From Candidatus Aenigmatarchaeota archaeon (GTDB lineage Archaea > Aenigmatarchaeota > Aenigmatarchaeia > CG10238-14 > SCSR01): a DNA stretch of 64,000 nucleotides. Shown here piece by piece: positions 10,200-19,879 of the stretch (position 1 is the first letter of the stretch; the number at the start of each line of letters is the position of its first letter). The position numbers and the translations under genes are program-made. Below the pieces are notes generated by a model. That model was not told where the DNA came from and did not search any database. It saw nothing but the letters and a program-made list of their open reading frames with translations. The stretch spans positions 1 through 64,000 of the forward strand of contig JAWCSL010000001.1 in NCBI GenBank assembly GCA_039090665.1. The letters are read 5' to 3'.

Positions 10200-10940
10200 T
10201 CACAACATTTGAACTTTAGAAATATATTTCGGTTTGTTCAATATTTCTTTCAATTTCTTTGGGTTTTCTTCAGCGAGTTTTAAAACATTCAATTTCTTGA
10301 GTTTTTTTATTAAAACAAGACCAGCTTCAGGATATTTTTTGTTTTCTTTGAATTCAAGGTTTTTATTTTTATCATAGAAGATGTGGAAAGGAAATCCCCT
10401 GTTTTTTACCACATCATAATCATGGCCTGCCTTTTCTGGAACAAAGTTCACGACCACACAATCTTTTTTTCCTGATATCAATCTATGCATGAAGGATGGA
10501 TGAATGAAGAAAGAAAACCCTTCTTTAATTTTAACTAAATAACTGTTGAAAGTCTTCATGTGAGAAAGAAGCACATAACATTCATTCTTCAAAACAATGT
10601 AAACTTCGCCAAAATTTTTTTTATGAGCATGACCATAAGTACAAAAGGCTTCACCACTTCTTCCCAAAGAAAAAACTCCTTGTTTCAGCAAAGTTACATC
10701 AATCCTTAAGCCAAATTTTTTTAGAAAATCTTTTGAAGGATCATAAAACTTCCATAAGTTAAAAACTTCATAAACAGTTAAATCTCCTCTCTTCTGCATA
10801 AGCTCTTTAGCATTTTCCAAGTCAATTATTACTCTATCTCTCAAAAGCTCAGAAATCTTTCTTTCTTTATGGTCAACTTTTTTTCCAAAATCTAAACTCA
10901 ATTCTTTTCCAAACTTTTTTATCGAAAATCCAAAATTCAT
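10200..10940 (-). CDS. cupin-type glucose-6-phosphate isomerase family protein
   Basis: TYGHAH...EVY...H metal ligands; AGHDYDVVKNRG. Confidence 0.75.
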   Translation of the reverse strand: MNFGFSIKKFGKELSLDFGKKVDHKERKISELLRDRVIIDLENAKELMQKRGDLTVYEVFNLWKFYDPSKDFLKKFGLRIDVTLLKQGVFSLGRSGEAFCTYGHAHKKNFGEVYIVLKNECYVLLSHMKTFNSYLVKIKEGFSFFIHPSFMHRLISGKKDCVVVNFVPEKAGHDYDVVKNRGFPFHIFYDKNKNLEFKENKKYPEAGLVLIKKLKKLNVLKLAEENPKKLKEILNKPKYISKVQML

Positions 10941-10971
10941 CTAAATAAATTTACTTTCTCAAATTAAAATT

Positions 10972-12195
10972 ATGGTTGTTTACTATGTTCCTTGGCTTCA
11001 TATGCACCAACCTCTAGTTTGGTTTGACAGCAAAATAGTTTCAAATTTAGAAAAAATGATGAATTCAAAAGATGCACGAGAGAGTTGGGATGCTAAACTA
11101 ATGCTTAGGGCTTACAAAAACCCAGCCAAGTATATTACAATGCTTTGCGAAAAAGGTTTCAAACCAAAACTCATGTTAGATTTTTCTGCAATTCTTTTAG
11201 AATCTCTTTTAGATCTCGATGAGAGAAAAATTTCTGAGAAAATTGAAATTAATGGAGAAAAAATTGGTCCGGTTATAAGCGCTTACCAAAAAGTTTTAAA
11301 AGAATTTCCAGGAAGCATTGAGTTTGTTGGCACTGCTTATTCTCATTGCTACTTTCCCGCAACTCCAGAAGAAGATTGGAAATTGCAAATAGAAGAATGG
11401 AGAGAAACTTTCAAGAAAATTTTTGGGGCAACTGAGCTTAAAAAAGTCAAGGGATTTTGGCTTCCTGAAATGGGTGTGCCTGGAAATGAAGAAGCGTTAA
11501 GCAAACTTATAAAATGTTTGAAAGAATATTACGAGTGGGTGATTTTACCAGTGCAAAGTATACAAAAATACGAGAGCTTAGATTACGAAAAAATTATAGA
11601 AATTGTTTGTAAGCCACATTTGCTTCAAGCAAAAAATGAAGAAATGGTGGCAATTTTCAGAGTTCCTTCTTACTTTATTGATCAACAAGCTGGTTGTTCT
11701 CCAGACCTTTTATATTCGAAATGCTTGGAAGCAGAAAAAATTTTTTCTAAATTTAGCGAAAAGCCTGCCTTGCTTGTTACTGCCAGTGATGGTGAAAATG
11801 GAAATGTGATGATGAATGAGTTTTTCCCCCAAACTTTCATTCCATTTTTCAAGGAGAAAATTGGAAAAAAAGTTTTTTCTTTGACTGTGAGTGAATTCTT
11901 AGAAAAATTCTATAATGGAGAAATAAAGGATAAGATAAAACTGAAAGATACAGGTGCTTCTTGGATAAATGGTCATGAAGCTTGGATGGGAGGGGGAAAA
12001 AGATTGGAAGCAATTAAAAGAATTTTCTCCTTAAGCAAAAAATTTCATGAGCTTAAGCCCGAACAAAAATCAAAAGTGAAAAAATGGCTTCTGATTGCAG
12101 AAACAAGTTGCTATGTTTACTGGGGAATTGACTATTGGTTTGAGCAAGGGAGAAAGTTTGCTGAGTATTTTGAGGATATGATTAGGGAAAAATAA
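10972..12195 (+). CDS. GH57 family glycoside hydrolase
   Basis: LHMHQP, GFWLPEM, SDGENG, AETSCY. Confidence 0.88.
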   Translation: MVVYYVPWLHMHQPLVWFDSKIVSNLEKMMNSKDARESWDAKLMLRAYKNPAKYITMLCEKGFKPKLMLDFSAILLESLLDLDERKISEKIEINGEKIGPVISAYQKVLKEFPGSIEFVGTAYSHCYFPATPEEDWKLQIEEWRETFKKIFGATELKKVKGFWLPEMGVPGNEEALSKLIKCLKEYYEWVILPVQSIQKYESLDYEKIIEIVCKPHLLQAKNEEMVAIFRVPSYFIDQQAGCSPDLLYSKCLEAEKIFSKFSEKPALLVTASDGENGNVMMNEFFPQTFIPFFKEKIGKKVFSLTVSEFLEKFYNGEIKDKIKLKDTGASWINGHEAWMGGGKRLEAIKRIFSLSKKFHELKPEQKSKVKKWLLIAETSCYVYWGIDYWFEQGRKFAEYFEDMIREK

Positions 12196-12277
12196 TTTTC
12201 TATAGAAAAATTTTTTCTAGCAAATGATAAATTTATAAGTCAGCAGTACAAAATCTTAAATAGTTATCGGTGTTGGG

Positions 12278-13450
12278 ATGAGGATAGGTTTTTTTTGCTG
12301 GGAGTCTTTACATTCTATTCCAGTAGGAGGTATGGCTGTAGCTGTAACTGAGCTTGCAGCTGCTCTTGAAAGAAAAGGAAACGAAGTCCATGTTTTCACA
12401 AGAATAGCTCCAAATCAAAAGGTTTATGAAGTTATTGATGGTGTTCATTATCATCGATGTCCTTTTAACTTTTCTCCAAATTTTTTTTATGAAATGACAA
12501 ATAACATGTGCAAATCAATGGCTTACCATTTCTTTGAAACAGAAAATGTTTCTGGAACTTTTGATATAATTCATGGCCATGATTGGCAAGTTGTTAATGC
12601 TTTGGATGAAATAAAGAAAGCAAGAAACAAAAAAATTGTCTTCACACTTCACTCTACTCAATTTGGAAGAGACGGTAACCACTTCCATGATGGTGTAGCA
12701 AAAGACATAACAAATCTTGAATGGTATGGAACTTATATAGCAGAAAGGGTTATAGTTTGTTCCAATGTGATGAAAGAGGAAGTCAAAAGGCTTTACAGGG
12801 TTCCAGAAGACAAGATTAGGGTTATACCAAATGGAATTTGGGCTAGAAATTTCGATGGTTTTGTTGATGCGTGGAAAGATGTTAAATCACATCTTGGCAT
12901 AGGAGTTTATGATCCTATGATAACATTTGTTGGAAGAATGACAATCCAAAAAGGACCTGACTTGTTAGTGGAGGCAATTCCTGATGTCTTAAAAGATTTC
13001 CCTAATGCTAAATTCGTTTTTGTTGGAGATGGTTATATGAAGCCACAAGTGGAAAATAGGGCAAGAGAGCTAGGTGTTTGGCATGCTGTTCGCTTCACAG
13101 GCTATGTACCTGATGAGTGGAAAACTAAAATAATGAAAGCTTCTGAATGTATAGTAGTGCCGAGTAGAAATGAACCTTTTGGAATTGTTGTTCTAGAAGC
13201 ATGGTCTTGCTTTAAGCCAGTCATAGCAACACATGGAACAGGAGCAGGTGAGCTAGTTTGGCATGATGTTACAGGCTATAGAGTTTACCAAGCTCCCAAC
13301 TCAATAGCTTGGGGAATAAAAGAAATTTTGAGAAATCCGGAACATGCAAAATGGATGGGAAAAAACGGAAGGTATGCTGCTGAAACTGCTTTTACTTGGG
13401 ATAAGGCAGCTGAACAACTTTTGAATGTTTACAATGAAATTGTGAGGTGA
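12278..13450 (+). CDS. GT4 glycosyltransferase (glycogen synthase-like)
   Basis: HGHDW, GRMTIQKG, EPFGIVVLEA. Confidence 0.92.
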   Translation: MRIGFFCWESLHSIPVGGMAVAVTELAAALERKGNEVHVFTRIAPNQKVYEVIDGVHYHRCPFNFSPNFFYEMTNNMCKSMAYHFFETENVSGTFDIIHGHDWQVVNALDEIKKARNKKIVFTLHSTQFGRDGNHFHDGVAKDITNLEWYGTYIAERVIVCSNVMKEEVKRLYRVPEDKIRVIPNGIWARNFDGFVDAWKDVKSHLGIGVYDPMITFVGRMTIQKGPDLLVEAIPDVLKDFPNAKFVFVGDGYMKPQVENRARELGVWHAVRFTGYVPDEWKTKIMKASECIVVPSRNEPFGIVVLEAWSCFKPVIATHGTGAGELVWHDVTGYRVYQAPNSIAWGIKEILRNPEHAKWMGKNGRYAAETAFTWDKAAEQLLNVYNEIVR

Positions 13451-13454
13451 GAAA

Positions 13455-13676
13455 ATGAAATGCTGGTTTTGTGAAAAAGATGCACGTGGAGTATGTATAG
13501 TTTGTGGGAGGGCTGTTTGTCACGAGCATGCTGACAAGCTTGACCAATTCACTCATGCAAAATCAGACACTTGCACAGGCTTTGCGAGCTATGAAAAAGG
13601 ATTCAATGTTTTGAAATGTAGGGAATGTAGGCTTGAGTGGGAAAGTTGGGAACAAGGCAAAAGAATAATCAAATAG
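13455..13676 (+). CDS. small Cys/His zinc-finger protein
   Basis: CxxC-CxxC-CxxH-CxxC pattern; SD GAGGTGA upstream. Confidence 0.7.
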   Translation: MKCWFCEKDARGVCIVCGRAVCHEHADKLDQFTHAKSDTCTGFASYEKGFNVLKCRECRLEWESWEQGKRIIK

Positions 13677-13683
13677 TTGATCT

Positions 13684-14847
13684 TCAAAACAAATTCAAGA
13701 ATTTTCCTGCAATGACAAACATAGCATGGCTCCAGGTCAGTGGAATTATTGATGAAGGTTTATTATTTTTGATTTGTTCTGGTATTTTTTCTTCCACTCT
13801 TTCAATTACCCAGTTGAAATATTTCAATGCTTTTTCTTTTTCTCCCTTTAATGAAAAATAGATTGAAGCCCAGAAATTAAGAATAGGCCAACTTCCCCCA
13901 CCACTTAATTTTAAATCACCAAACTCAATTTTTCCACAGTATTTATCACCTTTATATCGGTAGATACCACCATTTACTTCATTCTCACTCAAAATTTTAT
14001 TGACAGTACTCACAATTCTTTCATCATTTGGCGAAAATTGTTGTGTGGGCCAAACTAAACCAAACAAAGAGCTATCAACAGTTTTATCTATTTCTGTTCC
14101 ACTAATCCTGACAAAATGTCCCAAATCTCTTAAGAAAGATTTCTCCAACACATCTTTCATCTCTTTGATAGTTTTTTGCCACCCCTCTCTTTTTCCTAAC
14201 AATGAGGATGCACATTCTAAGCCTTTTATACAAGTAGCTAGAGTGAAAATGTGAACTTGTCTTAAATTAGGGTAAGCAACTCTTTCTTCCCATAAATCAT
14301 GGCTTGGAAGTTTAAAACAATATTTTTTCCAATGATCGCATATACCATTTGCAATTTTTTTTATCATTTCTTTAAATCCACTTACATCTTCAAAATTTGA
14401 GTGTTCATATATAGCCCACAAGACTAAACCTGAATGATCGTATTGAGTTTGAATATAGAACCACTTTAACTTTCTATACTTTTCACTTAATTTTCTGATT
14501 TCAGTTGTCCGTGTTCTTATTTCATTATCTGAATCACCAGCAACTCTTCCGTTTGGGTAATATTTCTGTGCCAGAAATATACCATTTTCCTTTAGACCTT
14601 CAGCATATTCCCAACACCACTTAAAAAATTTCTCTGGAATTTCATGCAAGCCAATCAAATCGCAAGCATAACAAACAAAGCTGGCATCTCTAGGCCAAAC
14701 GTATCCATACCACTTCACATCTTTAGGATAATCTTTATCAAAAACATCAGCAGCAATTATTGCACCATTTTCCAATGAACATTTCTTGAAAATTTCTCTG
14801 CTTTTTTTATAAATTCTTCTGATTTTTGGTTTGTCTATGCATGACAT
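13684..14847 (-). CDS. GH15 glucoamylase-family hydrolase
   Basis: YVWPRDA, DLWEE, PLTWSHA. Confidence 0.9.
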   Translation of the reverse strand: MSCIDKPKIRRIYKKSREIFKKCSLENGAIIAADVFDKDYPKDVKWYGYVWPRDASFVCYACDLIGLHEIPEKFFKWCWEYAEGLKENGIFLAQKYYPNGRVAGDSDNEIRTRTTEIRKLSEKYRKLKWFYIQTQYDHSGLVLWAIYEHSNFEDVSGFKEMIKKIANGICDHWKKYCFKLPSHDLWEERVAYPNLRQVHIFTLATCIKGLECASSLLGKREGWQKTIKEMKDVLEKSFLRDLGHFVRISGTEIDKTVDSSLFGLVWPTQQFSPNDERIVSTVNKILSENEVNGGIYRYKGDKYCGKIEFGDLKLSGGGSWPILNFWASIYFSLKGEKEKALKYFNWVIERVEEKIPEQIKNNKPSSIIPLTWSHAMFVIAGKFLNLF

Positions 14848-15776
14848 TTCGATCCCAATTTTTGAAAGATTTTTATTATCTTATTTTCGCTTGGAAATCT
14901 TTCTATTCCAAATCCCATCGTGTAAAAAGCTCCACATACATTTGCAAACTCAGCACATTCTTTCAAGTTCAGTCCGGACAAAAAAGCTTTGATGAAGCCT
15001 GCATCAAAGGCATCTCCTGCTCCTGTTGTCTGAACAGATTTAACCTTTAAACCCTTAACATAAAATATTTCATCTTTGCTTCCGACAAAACATCCTCTTC
15101 TTCCACATTTGAGAGCAACAACTTTTGATCCCAGCTCGAGAAGCTTTTCAACAATTTTCTTCGGTTCTTCAATTTTTGTTATGGCTTTACCTTCTTCGTA
15201 ATCTGGAAAGAAAAAGTCTGTTGTTTTCAAAATTTTGATTAAATCTTTAATCCTTCCTTTTTTCCATCCTTTTGGATCCCAATTAGGGTCTAGGCTCGTT
15301 TTCATTCCTTTTTCCCTAGCAAAACTGAAAATTTCATAAACATCTTTCCTCAAAGAATCAAGCAAGTTAAAACCACCTATGTGCAAAATTTTACCGTCTA
15401 TATCTTTCAAAGAAAAATCTTTCCTAGACAAGTTAGAATTGCTTCCCCTGAAAGTTATCATAGCCCTTTTCATGTCTTCAAAAGTGAGAGAAATTGTTAT
15501 ACCAGCATTTTCTCCTTTAACTCTCTTTATTTTTGTTTTTACTCCAGTTTTTTGCATTTCTCTTATCAAAAACTTAGAAATTAAATCAAATCCCAAGCGC
15601 CCGATAAACTTTGTTTTAAGCCCAAGTTTTGAGCAAGCACAAGCAAATATGGCAGAAGATCCACCAAGTTGAACCATAAATTTTGGCAATGTTACTTGCC
15701 TATCTTTTTCAGGATAGCTCTTCAATGGTGATGAGATCAAATCAAGATTTATATCTCCAATCACAGTTAAGTCCAT
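14835..15776 (-). CDS. PfkB-family carbohydrate kinase
   Basis: LGGSSAI, TTGAGDAFD; start at MDLTVIG. Confidence 0.9.
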   Translation of the reverse strand: MDLTVIGDINLDLISSPLKSYPEKDRQVTLPKFMVQLGGSSAIFACACSKLGLKTKFIGRLGFDLISKFLIREMQKTGVKTKIKRVKGENAGITISLTFEDMKRAMITFRGSNSNLSRKDFSLKDIDGKILHIGGFNLLDSLRKDVYEIFSFAREKGMKTSLDPNWDPKGWKKGRIKDLIKILKTTDFFFPDYEEGKAITKIEEPKKIVEKLLELGSKVVALKCGRRGCFVGSKDEIFYVKGLKVKSVQTTGAGDAFDAGFIKAFLSGLNLKECAEFANVCGAFYTMGFGIERFPSENKIIKIFQKLGSKCHA

Positions 15777-15810
15777 ATAATTTATTTGGCTTGAAACCAA
15801 AATTAGTTTT

Positions 15811-17313
15811 ATGAACGAAGTTTTAAAACCAAGTGTTTTGCTAGTTTCTGCTGAACTCAAGACTTTCAAATCAAGGGCAGGTGGTCTTGGCCCAGCTGTG
15901 GAAGAGCTTGCTTACTCTTTAGCGAAATTGGGTTGTAAAGTAAGTGTGGTGAGCTTGCTCTATAAATACAGAAGAAACGACAGAGATGAAATTGAAGAAA
16001 TAGATTACAGCGACATCAAGCTGGAAGATTTGGCAACCATAAGCTTTTGGGTCAACAATGAAAAAGTTAGTGCACAAATCAAAAAAGTTGAAAAGAATGG
16101 TGTGACATTCTATTTCTTAGAGAATGAAAGATTTGCGAATATTTTGTATGAAGGAGATGCTCTCCAAAGAGCAATTTTCTTGGCTAGAGGAACTTTAGAT
16201 CTTTTAAAAATTTTGGGTGGAGTAGATATAATCCATCTGAACGATGCTCACACCGGTTTGATACCTCTTTTTTTCAAAGCCGAATACAGATATCATGGTG
16301 ATGCAAATCTCACAAACTTAAAATTTGCTTACACTATTCACAATGCAGGCAAGGCTTATCAACAAATATTTGATAAAGAGAGGTTTAGAGAATTGGGGAT
16401 AGGTGAAGAATGGAGAGAAAAAGTAATTTGGGAAGATAAGATAAACTTAACTTACACTGCTACAATTCTCTCCGACATTTGTAATACAGTTAGTCCCGAT
16501 TATGCTGAAACTTTGTTGAAAAATGGAGAAGGAATGGCTGAAATTTTTAAGATGAAAAAGCTTTTTGGAATAACAAATGGTATTGATGTGGATTATTGGA
16601 GAATGCCTGAATTAAAAGATGTGAAGTCAATAAAAGAATTGAAAGAAAAAAAGAAAAAGGCGAAGATTGAATTGCTAAAGGAAATAGAGAAGATAAAAGG
16701 TGATAAACTTTCTGAAGAAAAACTAACAATAGTTATACCAAGAAGGTTTGCAGACCAAAAAGGATTTGAAATTTTCTTGCCCCATGTTGATGTAATAGTT
16801 AAGGATAGGAAAGAAGGTGGAATAGGAGCACAAATCATAATGCTTGGAAGAGCTGCTTTAGGGGATCCTATAGGAAGAAAATGGATAGAAACGTGTAAAA
16901 GACTTGACGAAGAATTTGGTAGTAATTTTGTTTTCATTTGTGGTTTTAATGAAGAACTTGCTAAAAAAATGTATTGGGGAGGAGATTTATTGCTCTATCC
17001 ATCTTTACCAGGAAAAGAGCCTTGTGGTACTGGCTACATGATGGCTGCTGTCAACGGAACAGTAACTCTCGGAACTGATACTGGTGGAATGGTTGATAAA
17101 ATAGTAGACTTTAAAAATGGTTTTAAAGTTAAGAAAGAAGAGTACAGCTGGGAAGCTTTTTTCGAAAAATTGAAAATAGTATCAACTTTGTTTTATGAGA
17201 ACAAGAAAGAATGGGATAAAATAGTTTGGAACGCTTTTAAAATGAATGTTAGTATGGATGAAACAGCTAAAGAATACTTAACAAAATTATATCTACCAAT
17301 CCTAAAAAATTAA
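15811..17313 (+). CDS. glgA: glycogen/starch synthase (GT5)
   Basis: RAGGLG, HLNDAHT, TIHN, GITNGID, EPCGTG. Confidence 0.88.
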   Translation: MNEVLKPSVLLVSAELKTFKSRAGGLGPAVEELAYSLAKLGCKVSVVSLLYKYRRNDRDEIEEIDYSDIKLEDLATISFWVNNEKVSAQIKKVEKNGVTFYFLENERFANILYEGDALQRAIFLARGTLDLLKILGGVDIIHLNDAHTGLIPLFFKAEYRYHGDANLTNLKFAYTIHNAGKAYQQIFDKERFRELGIGEEWREKVIWEDKINLTYTATILSDICNTVSPDYAETLLKNGEGMAEIFKMKKLFGITNGIDVDYWRMPELKDVKSIKELKEKKKKAKIELLKEIEKIKGDKLSEEKLTIVIPRRFADQKGFEIFLPHVDVIVKDRKEGGIGAQIIMLGRAALGDPIGRKWIETCKRLDEEFGSNFVFICGFNEELAKKMYWGGDLLLYPSLPGKEPCGTGYMMAAVNGTVTLGTDTGGMVDKIVDFKNGFKVKKEEYSWEAFFEKLKIVSTLFYENKKEWDKIVWNAFKMNVSMDETAKEYLTKLYLPILKN

Positions 17314-17314
17314 T

Positions 17315-18532
17315 ATGAAGATTGCCTTCTTTTCTTGGGAGTATCCGCCTTTTTTGGTCGGTGGCCTTGGTATTTATTCTTTGAGCATAGTTAAAAAATT
17401 TGTTGAGAAAGGAAACGAAGTATCAATTTTCACTTTAGGCTTCAAAAATTCAAAAGAATTTGAGAAAAAAGATGGAATAAAAATATACAGATTTACTTCT
17501 TTTGACATTTCAAAAGCAATTTCAATTTTTGCAAACAATGACATACTTGGCTGGGGTGAGGGCTTAAAGCTTTTTTCGGACATCTTCAATTACAATATTT
17601 TTTCAGTCAAAAAATTTCTTGAGGTTCAAAAGAAAGAAAAATTTGATGTGATAGCAATACACGATTGGATTTCTTCTTTTTCTGGCCTAATCCTCAAGCA
17701 AACTAAAATTCCAATAGTTTTTCATTTACATTCTGTTGAAGAAGTTAGGAGCAATCCAGGCTCGGAAACTCTGAAGAGATTGGAGAGAGAAATGGCGAGA
17801 GAAGCTAATAAAATAATCACTGTTTCTGAGGAAATGAAGAATTTTGTTAGTTTGTTGGGATATGAAAAGGAAAAAATTTCTGTCTGTTGGAATGGAACTG
17901 ATCCTGAAGTTCTTAATCCGAAAAAAGTTGATTTAAGGCTAGTGGAGAAATTGAGAGAAAAATACAAGATAAAAAATGAGAAAATAATTTTCTTTATCGG
18001 GAGGCTCGTGTGGTTTAAGGGAATTTACAATTTACTCAAAGCTATGTTGATTGTACAAAAAGAATTTCCTCACACTAAATTGATTATGGTTGGGATTGGT
18101 GAAGATCAAAATGTAAAAGAACAAATCAAATCTCTTGGTCTAGAAAAAAGTGTTATTTTAGTGAATAAATGGCTCAACGATGAAGAAAAGCTTGCACACT
18201 TTGCTTTAGCTGATGTTTGTGTTTTTCCAAGTTTGAATGAACCTTTTGGAATAGTTGCTTCTGAAGCCATGGCTATGGAAAAACCTGTGGTTGTTGGTGC
18301 TTCTGGAGTTTCTGGTTTTAAAGAACAAGTTATTCCTTCCGGTGAAAATAGAACAGGTGTGCATGTGGATGGTAAAAGCCCAGAAGACATAGCTTGGGGC
18401 ATAAAAGAAGTTTTAAAAAACCCTGAAGCTGAAAAATGGGGCAAAAATGGCAGGAAATTAGTTCTAGAAAAATTCAATTTTGACTTAACAGCAAACAAAA
18501 CCTTATCAATTTATGAGAGCTTGATAAAATAA
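17315..18532 (+). CDS. GT4 glycosyltransferase
   Basis: WEYPP..VGGLG, HDW, EPFGIVASEA. Confidence 0.92.
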   Translation: MKIAFFSWEYPPFLVGGLGIYSLSIVKKFVEKGNEVSIFTLGFKNSKEFEKKDGIKIYRFTSFDISKAISIFANNDILGWGEGLKLFSDIFNYNIFSVKKFLEVQKKEKFDVIAIHDWISSFSGLILKQTKIPIVFHLHSVEEVRSNPGSETLKRLEREMAREANKIITVSEEMKNFVSLLGYEKEKISVCWNGTDPEVLNPKKVDLRLVEKLREKYKIKNEKIIFFIGRLVWFKGIYNLLKAMLIVQKEFPHTKLIMVGIGEDQNVKEQIKSLGLEKSVILVNKWLNDEEKLAHFALADVCVFPSLNEPFGIVASEAMAMEKPVVVGASGVSGFKEQVIPSGENRTGVHVDGKSPEDIAWGIKEVLKNPEAEKWGKNGRKLVLEKFNFDLTANKTLSIYESLIK

Positions 18533-18538
18533 TAATTG

Positions 18539-19348
18539 ATGGCAAGGATAATTGGAATTGTTTCTGGAAAAGGTGGCGTTGGTAAAACCACATTAGTAGC
18601 AAATCTTGCCCTTGCTTTAAGCAAGCTTGGTAAAAAAGTAACTGTAGTTGATTGTAACATAACAACCTCCCATTTAGGCTTCTTATTTGATTTTCATTTT
18701 TATCCAAAAAGCTTGAATGATGTGCTTGCAGGAAGAAGCTCAATAGAAGAAGCAACTTTTTTCAAAGAAGGGATAAATATAATTCCAGCTAGCTTGAAAG
18801 TTGAAGATTTGGTTGGGGTTGAAATTGAAAATTTGAAAGAAGTGATTAGAAGAATAGATGCCGATTTCATCTTACTTGATTCTGCTCCTGGTCTTGGTAA
18901 AGAGGCTGTTAGCGTGTTAACAGCTGCCCAAGAAATAATTTTTGTAGCTACGCCTTACTTGAATTCAGTAATAGATGTTGCTAAATGTGAAAAAGTTGCA
19001 AGAAGTTTTGGTTTAAAACCTTTAGGTATGGTCTTGAATATGGTCAAGGGTTATTCTCATGAACTTAAAAAGGATGAAATAGAAGAAATAGTTAACCTGC
19101 CTGTGATTGCCGAAATACCTTACGATGAAGAAGTTGGTATAGCTTTGTCTTTTGGTAAACCAGTTTTATATTTTAATCCTTATTCACCTTCTAGTATTCA
19201 ATTCATGAAACTTGCCGGAAAGCTAGTTGGAGAAGAAATAGAGGAGAAAAAACCAAACTTATTTTCAAAACTGCTCTTAAGTTTAAGAAATATATTTTTG
19301 TTGAAGAGACCAAAACCCAAAGTAGAGCTTTATATAGGAAAGATTTAA
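18539..19348 (+). CDS. minD: MinD/ParA-family ATPase (archaeal MinD)
   Basis: deviant Walker A SGKGGVGKTT; DSAPG. Confidence 0.85.
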   Translation: MARIIGIVSGKGGVGKTTLVANLALALSKLGKKVTVVDCNITTSHLGFLFDFHFYPKSLNDVLAGRSSIEEATFFKEGINIIPASLKVEDLVGVEIENLKEVIRRIDADFILLDSAPGLGKEAVSVLTAAQEIIFVATPYLNSVIDVAKCEKVARSFGLKPLGMVLNMVKGYSHELKKDEIEEIVNLPVIAEIPYDEEVGIALSFGKPVLYFNPYSPSSIQFMKLAGKLVGEEIEEKKPNLFSKLLLSLRNIFLLKRPKPKVELYIGKI

Positions 19349-19380
19349 AAAGTGTGAAGACAAATTGAGATTCTGAGAAA

Positions 19381-19809
19381 ATGAAGAAAGAAAAAGCAAA
19401 AGTTATTTTAACAGTAGGAAAAAGGAAGAAGGCAATAGCTAGGGCAAAAGTTGTACCTGGTACAGGTAAAGTTATAATCAATTCAAAGCCCCTTGAGATT
19501 TGGGGAAATGAATTTTTAAGACTCAGGATAAAAGAGCCTTTGATTTTGGCTGAAGATTTGGGCGCTAAGCTTGATTTTTATGTTAATGTTAAAGGTGGAG
19601 GCACAACAGGCCAGACAGAAGCTGTGAGGATGGCTATAGCAAGAGGTTTGGTAGAATTTTCAAAAGATAAGAAGCTTGTTGAAAAATTTTTGAATTACGA
19701 TAGGAATTTGCTCGTTTTTGATTTCAGGAGAACTGAGCCTCATCATGGTAGTGGTAGGGGAGCAAGCAAGCGTGGAAGTCGTCGCCACAAACAGCGCAGC
19801 AAGCGATGA
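19381..19809 (+). CDS. rps9: 30S ribosomal protein S9
   Basis: GKRKKAIARA, GGGTTGQ, C-terminal QRSKR. Confidence 0.96.
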   Translation: MKKEKAKVILTVGKRKKAIARAKVVPGTGKVIINSKPLEIWGNEFLRLRIKEPLILAEDLGAKLDFYVNVKGGGTTGQTEAVRMAIARGLVEFSKDKKLVEKFLNYDRNLLVFDFRRTEPHHGSGRGASKRGSRRHKQRSKR

Positions 19810-19879
19810 ATTTTTCATAAAAATTTACTGAAAAAGTGGTTAGAAAATTTTATATAAGTTTGAAATTGTAAGAATTGAC

